DNA from: Methanobacteriota archaeon
GTDB lineage: Archaea > Methanobacteriota > Methanobacteria > Methanobacteriales > Methanobacteriaceae
Reading direction: 5' to 3'
Assembly: GCA_963787255.1 (NCBI GenBank)
Contig: CAWBCJ010000029.1
Location: 160,001 to 224,000, forward strand
DNA length: 64,000 nucleotides
In this document: positions 19,138 through 31,578 of the stretch, piece by piece
How the letters are laid out: every line of letters begins with the position of its first letter
How positions within the stretch are numbered: the stretch's first letter is position 1
The notes under the pieces: model-generated
What the model saw: only the letters and a program-made list of their open reading frames with translations
Database searches by the model: none
Told to the model about the DNA's origin: nothing
Position numbers and translations under genes: made by a program

Positions 19138-20493
19138 ATGAAATGCGGACTTGAAATTCACGTTCAGCTTGAAACTGATTCTAAACTTTTCTGCGACTGC
19201 CGTACCAATTACCAGGACGCCCCCGCGAATTCAAACATCTGTTTTGTGTGTTTAAACCAGCCAGGTGCAAAGCCCTATCCACCAAATGAAGATGCAATGA
19301 ATGGGGCAATTAAGATAGCTTTAATGCTAGGATGTAAGATAGCGGAAGATGAAACTTACTTCATGAGAAAGCATTATGATTACCCTGATCTTTCATCTGG
19401 TTACCAGCGAACTTCAATTCCCATAGGGTACGAAGGCAATCTTAACGGAGTTAGAATTCGTGAAGTTCACATTGAAGAGGATCCCGGCCAATACAAGCCA
19501 GACTTAGGTGTTGTTGATTTTAACCGTTCTGGAATTCCACTTATTGAAATTGTAACCGAGCCAGACATGAAATCTCCTGAAGAAGCAAGGAAATTCATGC
19601 GTGAGCTTATAAGAGTTTTAGAATATAGTGGAAGCGCTCGTGGTGAAGGTACAATGCGTGCTGACGTTAACATTTCCCTTGAAGGTGGTAAAAGGGCCGA
19701 AATAAAGAATATAAACTCTATAAAAGGTGCTTACAGGGCCCTTAAATACGAGATAGTAAGGCAAAAAAACCTCATTAGAAGGGGCATTGAGATAAAGCAG
19801 GAAACACGTGCTTTTCTTGAATCTCAGATGATTACTGTTCCAATGCGTCTTAAAGAGGAAGCTGATGATTATAGATACATTCCAGATCCAGATCTTCCCC
19901 CAATGATAGCAGAAGATGAGTTAGTTGAAGGTATTAGAGAAGAAATGCCCGAACCTCCACATATAAAAGTAGGAAGGTTCATTGAACAGTATAATATTGA
20001 AGAAGAATATGCAAAGGTCATGACATCAGAATTGGCACTTGCAGATGTCTTTGAAGAAGTTGCAAAGCAAATAGAACCATCATTTGCAGCGGTCTGGATG
20101 AGAGATGAGCTTAAAAGAGTTCTTAATTACAATAAAATGAGCTTTGGTGAAAGTGGAATTACAAAAGATAGCATTGTTGAGCTTTTAGAATTGATTAAAG
20201 ATAAAAAGGTAACCCCAAAGGCTGCTAAGAAAATAATTGAAAAAATGCCCGAAAATAAGGATTCTCCATCTAAAATCGCTGCAGAAATGGGATTAGTTGG
20301 TGTAAGTGATGAGGAAAGTGTCATGAAAGCTGTTAAACAGGCCATTGATGAAAATCCTCAAGCTGTTTCTGATTATCATGAAGGTAAAAAAGGGGCGATG
20401 AATTTCTTAATAGGGCAAGTAATGAGACTTACACGTGGTAAAGCTAATCCTGGAGAAACTTCAAAGTTTTTAAGGGAAGTTTTAGCCGAATGA
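19138..20493 (+). CDS. gatB: Asp-tRNA(Asn)/Glu-tRNA(Gln) amidotransferase subunit B
   Basis: GLEIHVQL, RKHYDYPDL, DFNRSGIPLIEIVTEPD, DYRYIPDPDL, YqeY-like tail. Confidence 0.97.
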   Translation: MKCGLEIHVQLETDSKLFCDCRTNYQDAPANSNICFVCLNQPGAKPYPPNEDAMNGAIKIALMLGCKIAEDETYFMRKHYDYPDLSSGYQRTSIPIGYEGNLNGVRIREVHIEEDPGQYKPDLGVVDFNRSGIPLIEIVTEPDMKSPEEARKFMRELIRVLEYSGSARGEGTMRADVNISLEGGKRAEIKNINSIKGAYRALKYEIVRQKNLIRRGIEIKQETRAFLESQMITVPMRLKEEADDYRYIPDPDLPPMIAEDELVEGIREEMPEPPHIKVGRFIEQYNIEEEYAKVMTSELALADVFEEVAKQIEPSFAAVWMRDELKRVLNYNKMSFGESGITKDSIVELLELIKDKKVTPKAAKKIIEKMPENKDSPSKIAAEMGLVGVSDEESVMKAVKQAIDENPQAVSDYHEGKKGAMNFLIGQVMRLTRGKANPGETSKFLREVLAE

Positions 20494-20680
20494 AATCTCA
20501 ATAATTTATTTATTTTTTTATCATTTTGAGCATAAATTTTTAAATCATATTCAACAGATTAAAATAATGATTATAGATTTCATAATATACATTTACCTAA
20601 GTTATCAAATAAATCTACAATGGTGTTATAAGCAAAATTAAATTTAATCACAAATCCATGATTTAAATCAGGTCTTATAA

Positions 20681-20908
20681 ATGGCAAAAAATGTTTTAGA
20701 CATGATTTTATGGCATCCAAAAATGGACTTTAATAAATGTAGCATTACTTATGTACATAGAGGTGCTCCTGGAAATCTTAAAAAAATTGGATGCACCAGA
20801 ATATCAAGTTTAGAACGTGGATTTTTAATATTGGATGATGAAACTCAAATTCCATGCCATAGAATTGTTAAAATAGAATATGAAGATCAGATAATTTGGA
20901 AAAAATAA
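20681..20908 (+). CDS. DUF504/MJ1316-family RNA-end-recognition protein
   Basis: ILWHP, YVHRGAPG, IPCHRI signature. Confidence 0.85.
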   Translation: MAKNVLDMILWHPKMDFNKCSITYVHRGAPGNLKKIGCTRISSLERGFLILDDETQIPCHRIVKIEYEDQIIWKK

Positions 20909-20944
20909 TTTAAATTTCATATACATTAAAATAGGAGACTTTAA

Positions 20945-21742
20945 ATGAGTAGTTCAGCTCTTGTGAAGCATTATATGACAAAAGAAGTAATTACTGTAAT
21001 CCCAGATACCCCCAACGAAGAAGTAATTAAATTAATGAAAACCACCGGACATGACGGATTTCCAGTTAAAATAAACGGCGAAGTAATGGGCATGGTAACT
21101 GCCTTTGATTTACTCTTAAAACCATGGGATCATGCAGTTAGAGACATTATGTCAACAGATATTGTGGTTGCTGATCAGGACATGTCAATAAACGATGCTG
21201 CACGTGTAATGTTTAGAATGGGAATATCAAGGCTTCCGGTTATAGATAAAGATGAGAAATTAGTGGGTATAATAACCAATACGGATATCGTAAGATCCCA
21301 TATAGAACGATCCACTCCCATGAAAGTTAATTACTTTAAAAAGACTTTAGAACAGTTATATGGTGTGAAAACTAAACTTGTAAGGATGAAAGTACCTACA
21401 GATAAACTTAGACCAACCCAGAACAAGATATACGCCGATGAACTTCAAGGAAGAACTTACGAGCTTAAAAGAGGCCTTGCAGAACCTACAATCACCGTTA
21501 AAAGTGGAGATAGATTTATTTTAGTTGATGGACATCACCGAACTGTTGCTGCATCCCAGCTTGGATACAAGGAAATAGATTCCTACGTGATAGAATTAGA
21601 GAAGGATATTAAATTAGGGTTGGAAAAAACTGCAGATAAAGAAGGAATTTGCACTCTTGGAGATATTGAAATTATAGACGACGCCCAGCATCCATTAATA
21701 GCTATTACTGGAACTTTAAGGAAAGAAAAAGGCACAAAATAA
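20945..21742 (+). CDS. CBS + ParB/Srx-like domain protein
   Basis: N-terminal CBS pair, then LRPTQ and LVDGHHR ParB-like motifs. Confidence 0.9.
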   Translation: MSSSALVKHYMTKEVITVIPDTPNEEVIKLMKTTGHDGFPVKINGEVMGMVTAFDLLLKPWDHAVRDIMSTDIVVADQDMSINDAARVMFRMGISRLPVIDKDEKLVGIITNTDIVRSHIERSTPMKVNYFKKTLEQLYGVKTKLVRMKVPTDKLRPTQNKIYADELQGRTYELKRGLAEPTITVKSGDRFILVDGHHRTVAASQLGYKEIDSYVIELEKDIKLGLEKTADKEGICTLGDIEIIDDAQHPLIAITGTLRKEKGTK

Positions 21743-21768
21743 AGTAAAGGAATTTCAGAGGAATTTAA

Positions 21769-22056
21769 TTGAAAGATACAATTATAAGAGAAGTTTATAG
21801 TGTTTTAGAAGACCGGCGTGACAACCCTATTGATTCTTATACTTCTAAAATTATGAGTGACGATAAAAAGCTGGCAGAAGATAAAATACTCGAAAAAATT
21901 GGTGAAGAAGCAGCAGAAGTTATAATTGCCTCTAAAAATGATGAAAATCTTGTATCTGAATCTGCTGACCTTATTTTCCACACATTAATTCTTCTTGCAT
22001 ATAAACACGTTGATATTGACGAGCTTTTCAATGAATTCGAGAAGAGAAGAAAATAG
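21769..22056 (+). CDS. hisE: phosphoribosyl-ATP diphosphatase
   Basis: [25 protein letters not shown]. Confidence 0.96.
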   Translation: MKDTIIREVYSVLEDRRDNPIDSYTSKIMSDDKKLAEDKILEKIGEEAAEVIIASKNDENLVSESADLIFHTLILLAYKHVDIDELFNEFEKRRK

Positions 22057-22060
22057 TTAA

Positions 22061-22606
22061 TCACTTTTTTTTAACTGTTTCCATGAACCTTTCTTTAATC
22101 TCTTCCGGTTCCATATCAATAACATGAACATCTGCATTTCCAGGTTTAACTTTCATATGCACAAAAACAGGGCCTTCTGCATCTAAAACTCGCTTAAAAT
22201 CTATTTTTTCTTCAAAAACAAATGTATTTTTAAATCCAACCGACTTTGCAATTTCATGAAGGTCTACTTTTGTTGTATAAGTGCACTGCGACCCGGTAGA
22301 GCCGTAGCATTGATTATCAAATACCACAAAAACCATATTTCCCGGATCCTGGCTAAAAATTGTTACCAATGTTCCCATATTCATAAGAACTGAACCATCG
22401 CCGTCAAAGACTACCACTTTTCGTTCCTGTGATAATGCCAGGCCCAGGCCAATTGACGATGCCATTCCCATTGAACCAAGCATGTAAAAATGATTAGGAG
22501 AATCTTTAACTGAATATAATTCTCTAGATGGAAATCCAATATTACATATTACTAATTCGTCGTCTAGACTTTCTGCTATTGTTTTTATAGCTTCAATACG
22601 TTCCAT
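22061..22606 (-). CDS. comE: sulfopyruvate decarboxylase beta subunit
   Basis: [17 protein letters not shown], ThDP motif DGDGS..DN, adjacent to comD. Confidence 0.95.
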   Translation of the reverse strand: MERIEAIKTIAESLDDELVICNIGFPSRELYSVKDSPNHFYMLGSMGMASSIGLGLALSQERKVVVFDGDGSVLMNMGTLVTIFSQDPGNMVFVVFDNQCYGSTGSQCTYTTKVDLHEIAKSVGFKNTFVFEEKIDFKRVLDAEGPVFVHMKVKPGNADVHVIDMEPEEIKERFMETVKKK

Positions 22607-22648
22607 AATATCACTATCATTTTAAATAAATAATATTATCATAATAAT

Positions 22649-23143
22649 TTATTTCCAAAATGGAATTTCTAAGAGTATTCCCACAGGCGCTCCGCCCATT
22701 TCAGATAGTTTCCATGCCTGAGGGATAATTTCTAATGCTTCTTCAGGAGTTTTAGGATTGAAATAAGCAATATTTAAGGCATCTAAAACTGATGGCGTTG
22801 CTTTCCCCATTGGCACTTGAGCACCCATAAATTCGCCTTCAGTCCCCCTGTGACTCATAATAATAAGTATCGGAATCTTGTAAAGCTCATATAAAGATGC
22901 CAGAACATTAACTGAGTTTCCAAGTCCTGAATTTTGCATGAGTATTGCTGGTTTCTTTCCACCAAAATATGCCCCCGCACATATTCCAAATCCTTCTTCT
23001 TCACGTGTTACAGGGACATGGATTATATCAGAGTCGCAATCTACCATTTCCATGACTTTCCCAAGATTTACACAAGGTAAACTTACTACAAAGTCTATTT
23101 CTGCTTCTTTAATTGCGTTATAAACGGCTTCACTGCTTTTCAT
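22649..23143 (-). CDS. comD: sulfopyruvate decarboxylase alpha subunit
   Basis: [29 protein letters not shown]. Confidence 0.95.
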   Translation of the reverse strand: MKSSEAVYNAIKEAEIDFVVSLPCVNLGKVMEMVDCDSDIIHVPVTREEEGFGICAGAYFGGKKPAILMQNSGLGNSVNVLASLYELYKIPILIIMSHRGTEGEFMGAQVPMGKATPSVLDALNIAYFNPKTPEEALEIIPQAWKLSEMGGAPVGILLEIPFWK

Positions 23144-23282
23144 TTAATACACCTAAATAACTGGTTATTTCAAGATTGAATATAAAAATTTTATTTTCTA
23201 TTTAAATATTAGTTTCAATTGGTATTTAATTATTAGATATAAAAATTTTCTAATATGATTAAAAAATGATTTTTATATTTCT

Positions 23283-23603
23283 CTATGTTTTAAAATAGAC
23301 AATACAATGGCTAAACCCCGTATCATACTTATTATAAATCCAATTATCCCTAAAAATGAAAATCCCAACTAAAACATAAATATTTGCAGAATGAATGTCA
23401 GCGTGGAAAAATTCATGGATCAATACCTGTTTAAAGAACGATCCTACTCCTCTTTTTGCTACTAAAGGCTCGTCAAATCCTTCATCAGAATTTATAACAT
23501 ATGAGACTTTTTTTCCTTCAATAAGTTCCATTGTAAGAACTTTAGATGTTTAATACTCTTTATAAACCTTTGGAACGTATACTGTTTCATTGTCCTTGAA
23601 ATT
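23283..23603 (-). pseudogene. internal fragment of an ABC1/AarF/UbiB-family kinase
   Basis: In frame: FKDNETVYVPKVYKEY*TSKVLTMELIEG..FFKQVLIHEFFHADIHSANI. It has an in-frame TAA and lacks both ends of the gene. Confidence 0.75.
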
Positions 23604-23766
23604 ATATTAAACTATAGTAAAAAGTTCAATATTATTGAAAACTGCAAAAATTAGTATGAAATTAAAATAGATTTTTTATCTATAAAACTTAAAATTAAAA
23701 AGAAGTGATGTTATCATTTGACAACATCAATTAAATAAATGGTTTTATATCTAAAATAGGGCATTA

Positions 23767-24858
<1,092 letters not shown>

Positions 24859-25295
24859 TTCTTGAATCCCTCCTCATGTCAAAAAACATGTTTAGTTAAA
24901 TAAACATGGTTCGTTTCTAATAATTATCTTTTTCGTCTTGTTATTTTGTATGACAAATAAAGCGTTTAATAATAATATAATAATTTAAATAACATTTAAT
25001 ATAAAATAGCAAAAGTAAATTCAGACAAAATTAACCTTGATATAGATTTTTATTAGATATTTTAACATTTTTAAATTCAATAAGGAACGTTTGATTCTTA
25101 AAAACAATTTTGTATTCATGATTTTATGTATTAATTGTAGGTGCTTATTTTTCAAATTCAATTAAAAATGCTGATGATTTTTTATCTAATTTGTAAGCAG
25201 AAATTGTTGAAAAAAAATCGGGAGAATTAGAAAAATTAAAATGATAAAACTAAATTCATTTTTCATTTTTCTTAAGTATAATTTAAAAAAAAATA

Positions 25296-25417
25296 CGCTC
25301 ATTGCCAGAGGTAGTGATATTAATTGCTTGAATACTATGTGGATTTTTTTTTGGCTGAGTTGATAAATCCAGTAAATTAATCACTACAATTTTATATACA
25401 CCTATTGGAAATGAGCG
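25296..25417. ncRNA. candidate structured RNA or long nested inverted repeat
   Basis: Nested stems CGCTCATTgCCA/TGGaAATGAGCG, GTAGTGAT/ATCACTAC, TTAATT/AATTAA and TGGATTT/AAATCCA. Confidence 0.35.
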
Positions 25418-25435
25418 AATGATGAAATGAAAGGT

Positions 25436-25963
25436 TTATTTATCCTCAACTAAAACTTTCATTTTACCATCGTAAAGGTCTATTATAAGACCATGTATAG
25501 GCACATCATCAGGAATAAATGGAGATTCTTTTATTTTTTCCACTACGTTTATCACATTTTCCTCTTCACTATCAATTGCCCCTATCCATTCTTCAATATC
25601 CACATCTAGAATGGTTTTTTCATCCACGCCTCGCGCTTTCATTGCATCAGTAAGTCTTTCAGGATCTACATTTGCCATTCCACATTCATAATGTCCGACC
25701 ACCATTACCTCTTCAGCGCCCAACGCGTATATGGCTGCTGCAACGGATCTTATAACATCCCTATCAACTACAGCATTACCTGCATTTTTAATTATCTTTG
25801 CATCTCCTCTTTCAATTCCCATTGCAGGCTCTAAAAATCCTGTAAGTCTGGTATCCATGCATGTTACAATAGCTAACTTCTTCTTTGGCATGTGACTCAT
25901 TTTTTTAGGTTCAAAGTCTTTAACAAAATCTTCATTGGCTTTTAGTACTTCGTCAAGCATCAT
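25436..25963 (-). CDS. beta-class (Cab-type) carbonic anhydrase
   Basis: TCMDTR, KNAGN and GHYECGM zinc ligands. GGTGA RBS before ATG 25963. Confidence 0.93.
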   Translation of the reverse strand: MMLDEVLKANEDFVKDFEPKKMSHMPKKKLAIVTCMDTRLTGFLEPAMGIERGDAKIIKNAGNAVVDRDVIRSVAAAIYALGAEEVMVVGHYECGMANVDPERLTDAMKARGVDEKTILDVDIEEWIGAIDSEEENVINVVEKIKESPFIPDDVPIHGLIIDLYDGKMKVLVEDK

Positions 25964-26229
25964 TTTTATCACCTGAAATAATTAAATAGTAAATCACATC
26001 TTGAAACTAAGTTTTACTCCTTTTTTCATATATTTTAGAGGTGATGGAGTAAAAGATCAGCTTCAAGTAGCAGATAGAATTCAATCTATCTACATTCTCA
26101 AAAATATAAAATATGATTTACTGAATTTCATTGATACTGCATCTTCAGACAGACTAAAGCATCATTTAAACAGTAACAGTGATATTTCCTAATTTTTTTA
26201 AATAAAAAATATATAAAAAGTGAGTTTTT

Positions 26230-27433
26230 TTATTCCTCACTTGGCTCTTTATCTATTTTAGAAAGAGGCGGTTTTTGTTCTATGTCATATCCTGGACGGT
26301 ATCCAAAGGATTCTTGCAATTGGACATTTATCTTATGGAAGATTTTTGCAAGTGGAATCTCCGCAGGACATACTTCCTCACATTGACCACAGTTTGTACA
26401 TGAATCCACCATATGAAGCATTCTTACAAAGTGGAACATTGGTGATGGTGGAAGTTCTCCTTTTCCTACCCATTCATTAGATTCTGACTCAATAGAACAT
26501 TTTACACAGAAGCAAAGTGGACATGCTTCTCTGCAGCCAAAACATTTTATACATTTGTCAAATTCATCCATGTACTGATCAAGGGAAAGTAGTTCACCAC
26601 TTTCTTCTCCGAAGTTCCTGTCTTGCCATTTGTTTGCCAGATTTACCATTGACTTTATCAATATTTGCACGTATCTCAATACCCTTAGGTACTGGATCCT
26701 GTACCTTTAAAGCTCCGGCTTTTATAGCTTTATCTAAGACTTCTGCACCTTTATCTGAGAATACTTCCACAAAGGTTGCTTTACCTGCAAGAGGACCTAT
26801 AACACCCCAATTACCCATAGCTAAATCTGACATTACAGGTATATTGTTTTCACACCTTCTGCAGTTTGTCCTTCGTCCAAATCCTTCATCTTCAAGTTCG
26901 TCAATGCTTATTTCTTTTTCTTCGTCGTCTGCTGTTTCTATGATTAAGTTACCTTTGGCGATTTCTTCTTTTACTACAGTGTCAGGGTCGATTTCATAGA
27001 ATTTTTCTATCATTTCACGAGCCTGTACTGGAGGTAAAGTACCACCACAGTTAACTCCAATCATTACAACGTTGTCTCTTTCTATCTGGTTTCTTTTCAT
27101 GAGCTCTACAATGGTCATTGCATCGCAGGGCTTTGTGGTAACAGCTATTTTCATGTCCTTTGCGCCGTTGAGGTACTTATTGAGGGTTTTGGCGATGTTC
27201 AGTGTACCGCAGTGTAAAGAACCCGCTGACTCTATAACTTCCTCTGGGTCAGTTATTAAAGTAGGTACAGCGTCGTAAAGGTCTGCGCCTTTTTTAACTG
27301 CTAAGACTGCATCTACAATACCTTCTTCAAGTAAGAATTTCATTACAGATGTCACGGCTCCGCCGCATTCTCCACTTTCAGCTATCTCATCGTCTGGAGA
27401 CCATGCATAATACATATCATTTACTTTAACCAT
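26230..27433 (-). CDS. fdhB: formate dehydrogenase beta subunit, second copy (FrhB/FdhB family), split by a +1 indel near 26655
   Basis: [35 protein letters not shown], and 2x[4Fe-4S] motifs [12 protein letters not shown] and [12 protein letters not shown]. Confidence 0.9.
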
Positions 27434-27437
27434 GTGA

Positions 27438-27863
27438 TCACCCGATTTCCGCCTTATTTTTTCTCCAGGAGAAAGGACCAAGTTCTTTTACCTGATCACT
27501 TACTGTCCTCATTGCTTTGGCGAATTTTTCACCTTCTGATGCAGATATCCAATCTAGATAAAATCTTCCTTCAGGAATGCCTATGGTTTTCATAACTGTT
27601 TTTAGGCCTTTTATTCTACGATCACAAGCATAATTTCCTCTATCGTAGTGACAATCTCCAAAGTGGCATCCTGCGACCATTACTCCATCTGCTCCCTCGT
27701 CAAACGCTTTTAAGATGAATAGAGGATTTATTCTTCCAGAACACATCACTCTAATTATACGTACGTTTGGAGGATATTGCATCCTTGCTGTACCTGCAGT
27801 GTCTGCTCCACCGTATGAACACCAGTTACAACAAAAAACTAGTATTTTCGGTTCCCATCCCAT
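27438..27863 (-). CDS. mvhD: MvhD/FlpD [2Fe-2S] subunit
   Basis: [35 protein letters not shown]. Confidence 0.95.
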   Translation of the reverse strand: MGWEPKILVFCCNWCSYGGADTAGTARMQYPPNVRIIRVMCSGRINPLFILKAFDEGADGVMVAGCHFGDCHYDRGNYACDRRIKGLKTVMKTIGIPEGRFYLDWISASEGEKFAKAMRTVSDQVKELGPFSWRKNKAEIG

Positions 27864-27977
27864 AATATCTTCTCCCTGTTAATTTATTTAATTTATTTAA
27901 TTTTTTTTAAATGTTAATATGAAAATTAAATAGGAAGTGAGTATCCTCACTTCTTCTTTATTTTCCAACATTTTGAA

Positions 27978-29175
27978 CTATTTACTAGGCATTGGGAAGT
28001 AAGAAAGAGGTGGTAATTTTTCATCCATTCCCCTTACATATCCATAAGTTTCCTGTAATTTAGAATTGATTTCATGTGCAATTCTTGCAAGTGGAATCTC
28101 CGCAGGACATACTTCCTCACATTGACCACAGTTTGTACATGAATCTGCCATATGAACTAATCTTTCCAGATGGAACATTGGTGATGGTGGAAGTTCACCT
28201 TTAGCTATCCATTCAGGGCCATTTGCTTCTAATGTACATTCAGCACAGTAACAAATAGGACATGCTTCTCTGCAACCAAAACACTTTATACATTTATCGA
28301 GTTCATTCTGATATTGTGCTACAATAGAAAGGAGATCTCCACCATTTTCCTGGAAATCCTTGCCTTGCCATTTTTTAGCTAATCTTACCATAGCTCCATC
28401 GATAGTTTCACGTATTTCAACACCTTTTGGTATAGGATCCTGTACTGTTAAGGCTCCTGATTCTATAGCTTTATCTAAGATTTCTGCACCTTTTTCTGAG
28501 AATACTTCTACAAAGGTTGCTTTACCTGCAAGAGGACCTATAACACCCCAATTACCAAGTGCTAAATCTGACATTTTAGGAATGTTAGTTTCACATCTTC
28601 TACAGTTAGATCTTCGACCGTATCCCTCGTCTTCAAGTACGTCTATGCTTATTTCTTTTTCTTCGTCGTCTGCTGTTTCTATGATTAAGTTTCCTTTGGC
28701 GATTTCTTCTTTTACTACAGTGTCAGGGTCGATTTCGTAGAATTTTTCTATCATTTCACGAGCCTGTACTGGAGGTAAAGTACCACCACAGTTAAGTCCA
28801 ACCATTACAACATTGTCTTCATTGACTTTTTCTCTTTTCATTAGTTCTCTAAGTGTCATTGCATCGCAGGGTTTAGTTGTGACAGCTATTTTCATGTCTT
28901 CTGCACCGTTAAGGTATCTTGTCAACAACTTTTGCCATGTTTAGTGTACCGCAGTGTAGTGAACCTGCTGATTCTATGATTTTCTCTGGGTCAGTTATTA
29001 AAGTAGGTACAGCATCGTAAAGGTCTGCGCCTTTTTTAACTGCTAAAACTGCGTCTACAATACCTTCTTCGAGAAGAAATTTAAGAACTGAAGTGACGGC
29101 TCCGCCGCACTCTCCACTTTCTGCTATTTCTTCGTTTGAAGATAATGCATAATATTTATCGTTTACTTGGACCAT
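27978..29175 (-). CDS. fdhB: formate dehydrogenase beta subunit, first copy, split by a +1 indel near 28928
   Basis: Same motifs as the downstream copy. ORFs 28909-29175 and 27978-28928 join if one G is removed. Confidence 0.92.
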
Positions 29176-29183
29176 GTGATCAC

Positions 29184-31291
29184 CTACTTTCCTATATCGT
29201 AAGCTTTTTTAGGTGTGGTTCCTGCCATTCCTGCTGTAGGTTCTAATTTTGTAACACTTGCTGCAGATACTTTAAATTCTGGCATTTTAGCTGCTGGATC
29301 CAATGCAAAACTTTGGGTCAATGTATTGGCTGCACATTCTACAAAGTGGAATGGTATAAATATTACTCCTTTCATGATGTCTGGAGTAACTTTTGCATTA
29401 ATTGCAATTTCTCCACGTCGTGTTTTAACACTCACCATTTCTTTATTTTTTATACCAAGTTCAGCGGCATCTTCTGGGTTAATTTCAACAAAACCTGTTG
29501 GAACTTCACTGGCTAATGTATCTGATCTTCTGGTCATACTACCGGTGTGCCAATGGAACAGCATACGTCCAGTTGTGAGTGTAAGTGGATATTCTTCATC
29601 TGGAAGTTCAGCAGCTGGTATAAATTCAATTGGCATAAGTACTCCAAGACCGTCTGCAGTTGCAAATTGTTCTGCCCAAAGTATAGGAGTTCCAGGGTGC
29701 TCTTCATCTGGGCATGGCCAGTGTAGTGCTTCTGGTTTTTCCAGTCTTTCTTTGTTCATACCTGCATATTGAGGGGTAACTGTCCTTACTTCTTCTAATA
29801 TTTCTTGTGGTGAGTTGAAGTTAAATAGGTCAGATCCCATTTTCTTTGCAATATCACAAATTATAGCCCAATCAGCTCTTGCTTCACCTGGTGCATCAAC
29901 TGCTTTTCTTATGTATTGCACACGTCTTTCTGTGCTTGTGAATGTTCCGTCTTTTTCAGCCCATGATGTTGCAGGAAGTACTACGTCTGCTAATTCAGCT
30001 GTTTCTGTTAAGAAGATATCTTGTACAACTAAAAAGTCTAGGTTTTCAAGAGCTTCCTTAACGTGTTGAATGTCAGGATCTGAGACCATTGGGTTTTCAC
30101 CCATTATGTACATACCTTTGACATCGCCAGAGTCTGCTGCATTCATCATTTCAACTACGGTTAGACCTGGTTTGCAGTTTAGATCACCACATCCCCATGC
30201 AGTTCTCATTTTTTCAGCCATTGGTTCTTCTATGACCTTTTGATATCCAGGGTATACAACTGGGAGTGCTCCCATGTCACATGCTCCTTGAACGTTGTTT
30301 TGACCTCTTAATGGGTTAACTCCTGTTCCTGGCCTTCCAATGTTACCTGTAATCATTGCAAGGTTGGATGTTGACATAACGTTATCTGTACCTGTGGTGA
30401 TGTTGAGTTATACCCATGGAATATACAATAGCCAGCGTTATCTGCTTTTGCATACATTCTTGCAGCTTCTTTAATTAGATCAGGTGATGCTTCAGTTATA
30501 TCTGCCACTTTTTCAGGAGGGTAGTTTTTGACAACTTCTTTTAGTTCTTCAAAGTTTTTTGTTCTTTTTTCTATGAATTCTTTGTCTTCAAGCCCTTCTG
30601 AAATTATCACGTTCATCATGGCGTTCATAAATGCCACGTCTGTTCCTGATTTAAATGGAATATATAAATCAGCTTTTTTTGCAGAAGGTGTAAATCTTGG
30701 GTCTGCGACTATTAGTTTTGCTCCATTAGCTTTTGCTTGTAATATTCTTCTCCACATTAGAGGGTGCTGTTCTAAGGTGTTAGATCCTATTATGAATATA
30801 ACATCAGCGAATTGTATACTCTTAAGGTGGTTGGTCATAGCTCCTGATCCAAATGTCTGGGCAAGTCCTGCAACTGTAGGACCGTGACAGAGTCTTGCAC
30901 AGTGGTCTATGTTGTGTGTTCCTATTACGGTACGCACAAGTTTCTGTAATAGGTAATTTTCTTCATTTGTACATCTTGCTGAAGAAAGGAACGCAAGAGC
31001 TTCTGGATCTACGCTTTTTATTTCATTTAATTTGGATACAACTAGGTCTAAAGCTTCATCCCATGTTGCTTCCTTAAATTCACCGTTTTGTTTAATTAAA
31101 GGTGTTGTTAATCTATCTTCTCTGTGAACGAATTCGTATGAAAAGTTACCTTTAGGACATAATTTTCCTTCGTTTACAGGATTTCTTTTCCATGGTTCGA
31201 CACCTGCAAGCTTCCCATCTACACTTACTAAGTTAAAACCACATCCACATCCGCAGTACGGACATGTAGTTGGGGTATATTGAATGTTCAT
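29184..31291 (-). CDS. fdhA: formate dehydrogenase alpha subunit (Cys-type, not Sec), split by two +1 indels at about 30400-30435
   Basis: [32 protein letters not shown], molydopterin C-terminal [15 protein letters not shown]. Removing two bases restores [19 protein letters not shown]. Confidence 0.93.
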
Positions 31292-31578
31292 TGTTTACCT
31301 CCTATTATTTACCAAATAAGAATTATTAAATTATATATGTTATTTACTTTGAATAATATCATTTTTGATGTGTACTCACTACACTTGCTGTAACTCCAAA
31401 TCAATTTTTTTTGGAATTTGTTACATTACCATTATAATCAAAGTATGTAAATTTCAGATGTCATTAAATATAATTGAAATTTGAAGTATTATCCTTCTCT
31501 TTTTCAGTCAAAAAAAAATAATGAAAATGGAAGGATTAATAAAACCTTACCAATTTTTCTATTTACTTGTACCTTTAG

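Noticed and set aside
26038-26070. Fluoride (crcB) riboswitch-like GGTGATGGAGT
   Set aside because: It lacks the complementary CACC and the downstream GCTGATGAC element, and it is on the wrong strand for the adjacent gene.
26001-26192. 63-aa plus-strand ORF in the carbonic anhydrase-fdhB spacer
   Set aside because: It has a TTG start with no RBS and no recognisable motif, and runs antisense to the operon.
30880-30905. Selenocysteine in FdhA, with the 25296-25417 structure as a SECIS
   Set aside because: The active-site codon is TGT (CARLCH), with no in-frame TGA to recode.
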